The notes under the pieces are model-generated. The model searched no databases, had not been told where the DNA came from, and saw only the letters and a program-made list of their open reading frames with translations. Positions 35,886 through 46,890 of a stretch of 64,000 nucleotides of DNA are shown here, one piece after another. Both the position numbers and the translations under genes were made by a program. Position 1 is the stretch's first letter, and each line of letters begins with the position of its first letter. Source of the DNA: Camelus dromedarius (taxonomy: Eukaryota); NCBI RefSeq assembly GCF_036321535.1, contig NC_087436.1:80168001-80232000 (forward strand), given 5' to 3'.

Positions 35886-37454
35886 TTTTTAAAATATTAA
35901 GATGGTCACAGAAAATCACTGCTTGTGATTTTTAACTTAAGCCACACCTGTGCTATGATCATCTCTTTGAGGTAACTTGAAGCATTTCTTCCAAGAAGCA
36001 AAAATATTCATTGCTGCCAAATAACTACTGTCCTCTGACTTCGGACCCTCTGAGACTTTGAAAGCTTCTCCAGGAGTATCTTCAGCTATTTTGCACTCAG
36101 TCCAAATCACTAGCCATTAAATTCAAAGGCAACTTTAAATCAAAGAATAAAAGAGATTTTTCCTAAGCTTAGCCTCACATTAGCATGGGAGAGATCCTGT
36201 ATCAGCAAAAATCTTTTTTTTTTAATCAACCTAAACCTCTGACTAAATTAATAAGAGTTGAGTTTGACCTTTAAAATGCTAAAAAATACAGTTTCCAGTA
36301 TAATTCTTTTTCATCCCGGACCAAACCATTCTCATAGTAAATTATGGCACTAACAGCTGGCTGCCAATGAAGTCAACTATTAATTGTATGTTCACTGCAC
36401 TGCCTGATATAAATCAATATAAGTAATGAGCAATTGTCTTCAGTCTATAGATACACAGATCCTACATTGCAAAATAATTTAAGGTTGGCTGTCAGCCTCC
36501 TCAGACTAGATGTCATTCGGCCTTTGCTGAAGATATGGCAAAAATGAACACACATTGAAAACTGCCTGATCTACTGTCTCTGCAGTAAACTTCTAGTCAT
36601 CTCTCTGAAAATGACAGTAGAAATGACTTTTTGATCGTGTATTCCAAATAACTTCCACACTTTTACAAATCCCAGTGGAATCTGAAGAATGGGATCAATG
36701 TGTCACTACTTTATTGCCTCAAACTCTCAAGGTTCCCTGTCTGTCCCCACCTTCTACCTTTCCCACTCCCTCCTTTCTACCAAACTTGCTCTCCATCTTC
36801 ATAAAAGCCACCAGTATCCCTGTTTTCCTAGTGCCCATTACTGTCTAGCTTCTTTCATCTTTCTACTCAGTTTCAATCCCATGGACACTAAGGGTTAGTG
36901 ACACTATCATTTTCCAGTCGACCACTCCCACCTCAGGTCTTGCTCATGCTAGGCCACCCCAGTGTTTCCTATCTCTGACTCCTGGATGGCAGAGCATTAC
37001 TAGGAAATAAAAGGAAATGACACTGACAGAATCTATCATAAATCCGCCTCATCTAACTTCGAAGGGCCCTCTATACAACTCAACAACATTTAACCATAGG
37101 CTGTGCAAAGTGGCTTCTATAGGACACTCTCAGAATACGGTGGTGCGTATTTGGTATGGGTGGAGGATTCCACGTTAGAAGTTTTCTAGGCTTGGAAAAC
37201 ACTGGTTTAAATAAAGTTAAACAAGCTCTCTTCTGCAGAACTTAGTGAAGCCTGGTGTGCATTGTGGATTTCCAGATAGGGATTACATATACACCATTTC
37301 TCACAATTTTTGTCTGAAGAACCAGTTTTTCACAATACAATCACAACTCTAGTAGACTGTGAAACAAATTGGGGATATACTATACTAACTCATTTCTTTT
37401 TTTTTTTTTAATACTAACTCATTTCTTATTAACTCCTAACACAACTGTTTGGAA

Positions 37455-37632
37455 CCATGTTAAATATGTTCTCATACCCATTCCAATGTGGTGGGGGAAA
37501 GGCCTCCCCACACCAACAAACAATTCTCAGACACCAGCCGAATGTCCTACAAATTCACCTCACTGACTACCCACAGATAGCAGCAGATCCACAGGTTAAG
37601 GATTCAGTCCTACAAGAATTTCCCTGACCCCT
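37455..37632 (-). mobile_element. LTR fragment (MER21-like)
   Basis: 'ccccacaccaacaaacaattctcagacaccagccgaatgtcc...cagatccacaggttaaggattcagtcctacaaga'. Confidence 0.6.
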
Positions 37633-37659
37633 TAACTCATTTTCCATCTGCTTTTTTAA

Positions 37660-38870
37660 TCAACTATGATTATGGATATTTTATTTCTCCTATTAGTTCT
37701 GCAGTTAAACACACATTTGCTATGTCTTCTTGATGAACTTTCTCTCAGGTAATACTCCTTGACCTGATGTTTTCTTTATCTGACATTAACACAGTCACCT
37801 CAATTCTCTTGTGTTTAGTGTTTGATTTTACCCTTTTACTTTTTTCCTATTTGTGTCTTCACATTTAATAAAATGTGTTAAATAAATAAATAAATAATTA
37901 GTGTGTTTCCTGCAGATAGCATATCATTGGGTCTTGATTTCTTTTCCACTTTGATAATCTCTGTCTTTTATTTGGAGCATTTAATCCATTTATATTTTTT
38001 TTCCATTTTGTTCTTTTTTTAATATCTTTAGTTTCTCTCATTATGTTCATGTTTTCTGTTAAATCTTTGAAAATATTTACAGCAGCGATTTTAAAGTCCT
38101 TGTACGCTAATTCCATTATTTCTGTCATTTCTGGCTCTACTTCTGTTGACTGATTTTCCAGTCATGGTTATGGGTGATCAATGCTTTTTCACATATCTAG
38201 TAATTATGATGCTGGACATTGTGGATGTTATACTATTAAGTGCTGGATATTTGTATTTTTGCAATTTCTTTTAATAATCAGGTAAATTACAAGTGAATCC
38301 TCTTAAGACTTTTGAAAAACTTTGTTAGGGCAGGTTAAACGGGATTTTTACTCTCAGACAAATTTAGCCCTGTTACTGAGGCATGATTCTTCTGAGATAT
38401 CTACTAATTGTCCGAAATATTCAGTGAGGTCTCTCTAGTCTGGCTAGATGGACTGTGGTCATCTCTGCCCTATGTGAGCTAACGGAATTGTTCACCTTAT
38501 AGCTCTGTGTTCTTTTCCTGAGTTCATGAGCAAATGCACCTATAGAGATTCATCCAAAGACTTTAGGGGCTCCTTCTGCAGGTTCATGAAACTCACTCTC
38601 TCTCTGCATAGCTTTTTCTGTGCTGGCACTTCGTTTTAAAATTCAAGTTGCCTCAGCACCCCAATTTTTATCTCCTCAAGTCAGGGAGTATAATGTGCTA
38701 CGCTTGAGTTCCCCCTACCTCTGCCACTGTTTGAAAATTGTCTCTAGAGACTAGAGCATTCATAGGGCTCATATTTTTTTATTCTCTCAGGGGTCACAGT
38801 CCTGGACTGCCTGTTGTCCCAATTCTGCGCTGTTTGAAAGGATTAGTTTATTTTAGTTGTTTACATGGGA
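37660..38870 (-). mobile_element. Old L1 5' region (5' UTR, ORF1 N-terminus, ORF2 endonuclease start) with internal deletion
   Basis: ORF 37898-38128 contains ORF1-like 'MELAYKDFKIAAVNIFKDL' and the ORF2 EN motif 'NINGLNAPNKRQRL...DPMICYLQETH'. Confidence 0.75.
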
Positions 38871-39152
38871 GGACAAGTTCTATACCATGCAAGTTCTATC
38901 AAGGTCAGAGCACATATATAAATGTTTTTTGTGCTATTATATTTATTTGTTAAGAGAACAAATAGTTCCTCTAGTTGGTTGGCATATATTTTTGAAGATT
39001 TCTAATATTTTTAATATATCTATAGACAATTATATGCATGAAAGAAAGAAACATTTGAAGACAAAGATCCACTAAAGCTCTTTACAATGGGTCCAATGTG
39101 GTTTGCACATCAAAATCATGAGTGCAAAAAACAAGTCAAAGCAATTTTTAGT

Positions 39153-39272
39153 GGGGGGGGCGGTAATTAGGTTTATTTATTTATTTATATTCTAATGGCA
39201 GTACTGGGTATTGAACCCAGGACCTCGTGTATGCTAGGTACGCAATCTACCACTGAGCTACTCCCACCCCTC
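39153..39272 (-). mobile_element. tRNA-derived SINE (camelid Vic-1-like)
   Basis: Same family as 25240-25365; perfect 17-bp TSD tcaaagcaatttttagt at 39136-39152 and 39273-39289. Confidence 0.9.
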
Positions 39273-39612
39273 TCAAAGCAATTTTTAGTATTTTTCTCTC
39301 TCCACTGCAAAGGAAAACTATTGGCTCTCCTTATCTAGAGATTTCAAAACTCTGAACTCTAATGGCTTTTCTTAGCTACTGATTAGCTTTCTACGTCCAT
39401 TTTTCCAGACAACAAAGACTCAGGGAACTAAAATTGTTATTTAAAGGTATACACACATAAGGAAATGGGAATTTCAGAATTACTTAATCTGAATTTAAGC
39501 CTCTAAATTTTGCTTCCATCTAAGTCAGGCAGGTAATCTAGAAAGCTGAAGGGACAAGGTGGGAACTGAGGCAAACTACATAACCATGACCCGTATGAAG
39601 AGTTCTAAGAGA

Positions 39613-40252
39613 AAACAAAAACACTAATTCAAAAAGATGTGTGCACCCCAATGTTCATGCCAGCATTACTTACAATAGCCAATATATGGGAGCAACCTAA
39701 GTGTCCATCAATAGATGAATGGATAAAGAAGATGTGGTATGTATATACATATAAATACACACATACACACACACACACACACAACAGAATACTACTCAGC
39801 CACTTTTTTAAAAAGTGAAATTTTGCCATTTGCCACAGCTTAATTGGACCTGGAGGGTATTATGCTTAACGAAGTAAGTCAGACAGAGAAAGACAAATAC
39901 TGGATGTTTTCATTTACATATGGAATCTAAAAAATAAAGCAAATGAATGAATATAGCAAAAAAGTAACAGATTTACAGATACAAAGAACAAACTAGTGGT
40001 TACCAATGAGGAAAGTGGGGAGGGACAAGATAAAGGAGAAGGATTAAGAGGTAGAAACTAATAGGTATAAAATAAGATACAAGGATATAATGTATAGTAC
40101 AGGGAATATAACCAATGTTTTTATAATAAATTTAAATTAAGTATAATCTATAAAAACATGAATCACTGTGCTGTACATGTGAATCTAATACAACATTGTA
40201 AATCAACTATACTTCAATAAAAAAATAATAAAATTAAATTAAAAATGTTTTA
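39613..40252 (+). mobile_element. 5'-truncated L1 (ORF2 end + 3' UTR) with internal (CA)n
   Basis: 'tgcaccccaatgttcatgccagcattac...gcaacctaagtgtccatcaatagatgaatggataaagaagatgtgg'; TSD 13/15 identical at 39598-39612 and 40253-40267. Confidence 0.9.
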
Positions 40253-43039
40253 AAGAGTTCCAACAGACTACCAACACGTAACCAAATGTTTTCGGTTCTT
40301 CTAATTATTCAAGAGACGATACAAATCGTAGAGATATAAACATTTTATATGAAATATCCTAATGTTTGAATTTTGGAAATTAATTCAAAATTTAGAAAGG
40401 CTCTAATAACAGTGGAATTTAACCTACTGGCCAGCACTACACTTTACTGCTCCTCTTCCATTTCTGAAATCAAATATCCCAGGCAATATTAACAAGTAGA
40501 AACACAACCAATGTATTATAAAGAAGTTTTGATAAAGGTTAAGATCACCTTGTAAGTGACACAAGATTTATATAACAAGAAGCTAATACATTTTGTAGGT
40601 TCATAAATGTTATCTTGACATTAAATTTCCAAAAGGTTTTTGTAATATTCCCATGAAAATTGTTATTAAAACTGAGTCACTGTGAGATCAATGGGGAAGG
40701 GTTAGAACCCAATGTAGAAGAAATGGGAAAAACTGGGTGGGAATGAATGAGAAGGCCTTCAGTGGAAGTTAGGAAAATGCTAATGAAGGAGAGCTGCTGC
40801 AATATGCAATGCCCAAGTTGTTGTCGGCACTAAGCACTTAAAAATAGTGAAATAAATAACTGTAGACAGTGTAGAAACTTTAGAACGATATCATCAGTGC
40901 ATGAATCAAAAGCATGAGAGTGGAAGAAAAGCTTTATTACATCCAAACATTCGCTGTCATCACTTCACATGTTTAGGTGTAGAGACCCAGTATGCTTATT
41001 TTCCCTGAATACTCTGTTTGCAGTTAGAGTAAACCTAATCTAGAAGAGAAATAGTACTTTTATGCGTAGAAGTCAAACTTTCAGCTATCTAGGTAACCAG
41101 AGGAACATGACCACATTTTTCATCTTTTAAATGTAAAAGTAACTATCAAAATATTAATATAACAATGTTGACAAGTAGTTTTAAAGCTACATATAATACC
41201 CCAAATTTAGATAAATTGAATATCTGAGTACAATGTAGCACTTCCACGTTAACTCTTAACTGTAGTCAATCCTTAGTTTTATGTATGAATTGAGAAGAAA
41301 GCTCCTTTCTAATTCCAGGTCATTGTTTGGGAACCACCTTGTTTTCAGGGCCAGTCCATGGGCTCAGAGACCCCAATCCACTTTGATAACAAATGTTTGT
41401 AACTTTTCTTTTGGTTCTTGTTGTTTTTACCTATCACAAAAAAAGAACCAAAAAAAAAAAAACGGGATTATTTTAGTGAGTTTTAAAGATAATTAAAACT
41501 GTGGTTCTTCAGCTCTTAGTTTTCCTACTTTAAAAGGAAAAGAAATAAAAATCAAAAAACTCATGGCAGTGTAATTTAAGTCCTTGTGCTTAAGCCAATT
41601 GTCTCTTCTTTCACTTAACATATTTGTTTTAAGTTTACTTACCCAATTCTCACTGCTGAAGTAGCTAGTCTACCTAGATCCTGTCACTTGCCTTTTCTAG
41701 GCCTCAGTTTCATCTATTAAAGAAGGAATTTGAATAAAAGTATCTCTAAGATTCTATTATCCAGTTAAATTGTATAAAATAGCAACCTAACACAAAATCT
41801 GATTTGGATGTCTAAAAATATCTGTTTATAACAGAAATTGTTCTCTAAAAGGGTATTACTTCTCTTTTAAAAAAGCACTTTCAAATAATATTTATATATA
41901 CTTTAATGTGGTTTTTAAACAGATATAAAATATTACCACTAAAGTATGTTAAAAAAAAAAAAAACTTCCAAATACACACAGAAGATACTGGGCAGAATGT
42001 CACTGTCCAGGAAATGACCCTACAAGTCTTGCGCAGGGTCCTGCTGAAGTCAAGAGAACAAAAATATTAAACATCAAGCCAAGGGGCAGGGTAAATAAAA
42101 ATAAGAAGCAGTATCTTTCATTTATACCAAATTATAGATTATGCACAAAATTCTGGTCCCCACGGCACAAAAAAGAGAGCCTTGGAGAGAGACTATTTCA
42201 ATCATAATAAGCAGGATGGCTGAAGCTGCAGTCTTCGAGGTTAAACTTTTTTTAAAGTAAGACTACTTAGCTTTAGTGACAAAGGGTGAAGGGGACACAA
42301 TCAAAGTTATTATGGTTTTAAATGGAATGGACAGCTTAAACATGAACCCATTAATCAAACCCTAGAACACCAGAGTACCAGCTGAAATTGGAAAGAGGTT
42401 TTTATAGAGCAAAGGAAGGAAGACAGCTAACACAGAAATTCTTACTTTCAAGAAATCAGACAGGCTGGAGGAGGGCAAAGAGGAGGGAGCCATTCCAACA
42501 CAACTGGAGACAAGCTGAGATTTAATTTAATGAAGATGTACCTGTTATTGTGTCCAGAATACAAGTACTCTAGATATGAGAGGAATGTTTAAGACTTGGG
42601 CCTTCGCTTCAAGATTTATGACCTATCTGAATGAAGTGTGCATTCATGGATTAACAATTCAGAGTAAGCTGCTAAGAGATAACGGAATTATGCTGGGGGC
42701 ATAGATCTAAACTTCTAAACTTGGTTTAGAGATAAAAGTTTAATAAGTAAACGATGCTTTGCCTTATGATATATGATAGTGTTCCTTATGTTACCATATT
42801 CTCAATGAAAACTACAAAGAATATAAACTACAGTTTTCTGTTTACCAATGACTCCACATTTCATGAGTCCAAAAACTAACCTACATAGAAAAACAAGACA
42901 CATTATAGCAAAAATGCAGCTTAAAATCATATAAACTGAGGACACACAGAAGCCCTAAAGGAACATGCAGCAGAGGATAAACGTGCACGAACAGCCAGTC
43001 CATCTGAAAGGCTGGCACAATAATGTTGGCTTGGGTTGC

Positions 43040-43290
43040 TTAGGATGAAGAGCTTAGGATGAAGAATGTGGATACTGGAGTCAGGCTGCCACCAGGGTCT
43101 GGGTTTTGGCTTCAGCATGGAAAAGTTGTTTGGCCTTGATCATGCCCAAGTTCCTCATCTATGAAATGAGGTTAGATATAGTATCAACTTTACAGAGTGG
43201 TTGTGAAGATTAAGTCAGATAATTCGTGTAAAGCACTCAAACCCCATGTCAGGCACATTGCAAACTCTCCTTAAAATTCTATTACTAATA
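43040..43290 (+). mobile_element. MIR SINE
   Basis: 'ctggagtcaggctgcc...gttcctcatctatgaaatgagg...gtggttgtgaagattaagtcagataattcgtgtaaagcactc'. Confidence 0.8.
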
Positions 43291-43299
43291 AGAACAGAC

Positions 43300-43500
43300 C
43301 CCTGGGGCCATGAGTATAGCTGGGTGAGCATGTGGAGTCCCTTCCTCTCTAGGATAGGAGCGTTGGTTTGCATACCTAGAAAAAGAGACTAATAATAATA
43401 TCTGCCTCCTAGTGAAAACTCGAGTGAGAAACAGAGTAAGAAAAAGTGTGAAAAAATGCTTTGTAATATATAAAGTACTAAACAATGTGTATTATTGTAA
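43300..43500 (+). mobile_element. MIR fragment
   Basis: 'ctaataataatatctgcctcc...gtgaaaaaatgctttgtaatatataaagtactaaacaatgtgtattatt'. Confidence 0.55.
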
Positions 43501-43519
43501 CATTTAATGATTCCCTTCT

Positions 43520-43642
43520 GCCTCTTTAAGAGACTGACGGCCTATATTTCGGTCTGCTTTGCCCACAGATGTATCCCCAGCACTTAGAACCATGATTGAC
43601 ATAGTGATGGTCAATAAATATTGTTGAGTGAATAAATGAATA
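43520..43642 (+). mobile_element. L2 3' end
   Basis: 'tgtatccccagcacttagaaccatgattgacatag...tcaataaatattgttgagtgaataaatgaat'. Confidence 0.75.
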
Positions 43643-43750
43643 TCACATTTCTATAACTCTTAAGGTCATTTTGTTTGACCTTTTCCCTCCCTGAAGTCAG
43701 ATGAGGAATCTGAAGTGGAGAGGAGTAGGTGACTCCTGCATCACCTACCC

Positions 43751-44331
43751 TGCATCAGTTTCCCACTGCTGTGTAACAAAGTACCACAAACCTAGTGGCT
43801 TAAAAGCACCCCTATTTACGAGCTTATAGTTCTCTGGGGTAGAAGCCTAGTACAGCCAAGCTGGATCCTCTGCTCTGGGTCTAACAGGGTTGACATCAAG
43901 GCATCAGCCAGACTTCATTCTCTCCTCTGGAGGGTCAGGTAGGGAAGAACCTATTTCCAAGTTCCTGAAGATTGTTGGCAGATTTTGGTTCTTCACGGTT
44001 GCAGAACCAAGGTTCCTGCGTCCTGGCTGTCTGTCAGCTGATTGCTCTCCACTCCCGGAGGCTGCCAGCACTCCTTCACATGTGGCTTCTCCTTAAACAG
44101 TTCACAGCACAGCAGCAGCAGCCTCCGAGGCCAGTAGCAAATCTCTGTCACAGTGCCTCCCCCTCAGGCTTCAAACCTCTGACTTCTACTATCCATCCAA
44201 TAGAGAACTCTCTACTTTAAAGGAAACCCCAAATAATACTCCTCCTGCTACATAGTGTAACATAACTAAAGGAGTGATATCTATATCTCATCATATCAAA
44301 GGCAAAGGTCACTAGGGGTCATCCTACCACA
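43751..44331 (-). mobile_element. MaLR LTR (MLT1E/F-like)
   Basis: 'tgcatcagtttcccactgctgtgtaacaaagtaccacaaacctagtggcttaaaa...gagtgatatc...cctaccaca'. Confidence 0.8.
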
Positions 44332-44763
44332 TACACTGTGTTGTATGAACTGGCATAACATACTGGTGAAATTTCTTAAAAGCTGGTGATAGAACACATG
44401 TCTTGGATGATCCTTTTTTTTAAATTACTGTGTTTAAATATGCAAAAGGGAGGTCTAACAGGCTGTGTATTAAGCATTCTCACCCTGGAGAGTGAGAATA
44501 AATTAGCATACACTATCCTTAAAATTAAAAATTACAAAAAGAGGAAAAAGAAATGGACCCTTTCACTTGCAGTTTTTCATATTTTTAAATGCAAATTCTA
44601 AACACTTGTTTCTCCTCCACTTCAATTCAGCTCACCAATAATGCGACAGAGTCAGGTAAAATAATTTCTTCCCCTTAAAGGCATCTTTTTCCAAGAGTTT
44701 TACAGATATTTCCTTAGTAAGCATCCCTGAGTTCTTGCACCAGGCTTCCCTAGAGTCTTCTTT

Positions 44764-44870
44764 TTTTAATTTAATTTTTCTTATTAAAGTGTAGTTGATT
44801 TACAGTGTTAGCTTCAGGGGTACAGCAAAGCAATTCAGTTATACATATACAGACATATATATATATATTT
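44764..44870 (-). mobile_element. Very short L1 3' end insertion
   Basis: 'gtgtagttgatttacagtgttagcttcaggggtacagcaaagcaattcagttatacat'; 13-bp TSD tagagtcttcttt at 44751-44763 and 44871-44883; minus strand gives a TT/AAAG nick site. Confidence 0.85.
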
Positions 44871-46480
44871 TAGAGTCTTCTTTAAGGTTCAGTTCAGAAG
44901 GCACTGTCTTGCTGGTCTCAAAGGCAACAAGAGCTTCCCACCTCTGTAAATCCCACTCTTCCACACTATGGACTCAACACCATCATTTTTATCAAGTAAG
45001 ATAGGTCTCGTCCACTTTTATCTGCCCAAGGGAAGGAAAATAAAACCTCAGAAAACCCTCCAGTTTAAAGAAAACCATTGCACTGTATCCAAGCATAACT
45101 GCACAAACCATGTTTTCAGCAGTAGATTGGGTTAGCTCTACACTGTACAATAAATGGGTTAGAAAGCCAAGCAGTAGGTGCAATGGTATTTTGTTGTAAA
45201 ATTCATGTGTCAAGAAGTCTTTGACAAGCAGTATTTCCATACTTAAATTGAGCGATGGATTGAACCTGAAAAAAAGCAGAGGATGTATTCTGCTGTTGTC
45301 TCTTAAATCGTGTTACCCACTGAGAGTTTTTTCCCATGGAAAAAGCAATCCCTCCACTATAGAGAGACTGCATGCCAAGAAAACAGGCTCTAATTAAATC
45401 AGTTATGTTGCATTATGTCATATAAACAATGTGTATCCACAGCAATCTTTCCATGGAAAAATTAAATAAAACATATTTATAATTCAGATGTATATAAGCA
45501 TGGGCTACCTCATACACTGTCTGTCATTCTGTTCAAAAAAGCTCTGAACTCTAAACATAGTGGATTCTTGGCTGGCGTGAGAGACACCGAAGACATTTTA
45601 CAACATATTTAAACTTCACCCAGATTTCTACACAGCCTACCAAATAAGCTAGAAAAAGTTCACAATTTGTGATCTTTTGTGCATCAGTACCAACTCTTAC
45701 CCTGATTATTTCAATAATAATTTTCTTACTGTGCTTTGGTATCAGTCATCTTTTACTGCCTACACAAAGCCTGAATGGCTTTACATTTTTTGAAAGTACC
45801 ATAGCAACAGAACATATAAATCAAAAGCAGTGTTAGCAAAGAAGATCTGGTCACCTTGAGTAACTTTCCCTAGCTGCCTAGAAAGTTAGAAGTGAGATAC
45901 ATTTTTCAATGTGTTAACAGTGTGTGACTGTGTTGTTGTTACTGTAATACAAATTTTTTCATTTAAAAATGCATGTTTCATCTTCAGAAAAATCTCTTAC
46001 CTAAATCTTTCAAAGAACTGAGTAAACTTACATTGTACTGGATATTATTATGTAGAAGTATTTTGAAAAGCCAAAAGTGCTGCAAAAGCTTTAAAAATTA
46101 TCAATATTCTCAGCATTTAACTTCTGAAATATGTTGGGTGCTGAGCAAAGTTGACTTTTCTAGTTTTCTAGTTAACTAATAGGTGGGCTCCCGTGTTCTA
46201 TCTAGAACTTGGATGTTCACAGATAATTCCCGCAATACTTAATTTACTATGAGGAATTGAAGAACTGGGTTTAGTTAATCGTATAATGTCCCTTCAGGGC
46301 ATGTAATTAGTAAAAATGGGTCACAAGGAAGTCAAAAGACATAACCATAGCAAGAAAATACTGCCAACAGCAGAAATGAACCATATGTTTAATCCTCAAG
46401 GTTCTCACATCAAATAAAAATTTAAATAACAGCAACTGAGTTTCTTAAACAGCACAAAACCTGGATAATAAAGATGCCAT

Positions 46481-46890
46481 TATATTAGTTAAGATAATGC
46501 TAACTGCTTTAACTGATAAAATCTGAAATCTCAATGGGTTATCACAAAGGACTTTTGTTTCTCATTTAAGGTTCAAGGTGGAACGGAGAGCAGGAATTCC
46601 ATGCAGTCATTCAGGGACCCAGGCTGAGGAAGTTTCCATCACCTTCAACAATCAGCTGCCAGAGTTACCCTAAGGATACATATCTGTCCAGTAGAGAAGC
46701 AAGAGTAGGACAACACAGAGAATGTGCTTCGGGTCAAACCTAGAAGCGATGGGCACCACTTCTACCCACATTCCATTGGTCCAAACTAGTATTATGGTCT
46801 CATCTAAATGAGGCTGGAAAATATAGGCTAGCAATGTTCCAAGTAGGGAAGAAAACTGGCTTGGTAGACTGGGAGCCAGTTTCAGTCAAA
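46481..46890 (-). mobile_element. MaLR LTR (MLT1J/K-like)
   Basis: 'tattagttaagataatgctaactgc...gcagtcattcagggacccaggctga...cacttctacccacattccattggtccaaactag'. Confidence 0.75.

Noticed and set aside
37150..37380. Possible hAT-Charlie MER remnant
   Set aside because: The resemblance is too weak to assign a family or boundaries by eye.
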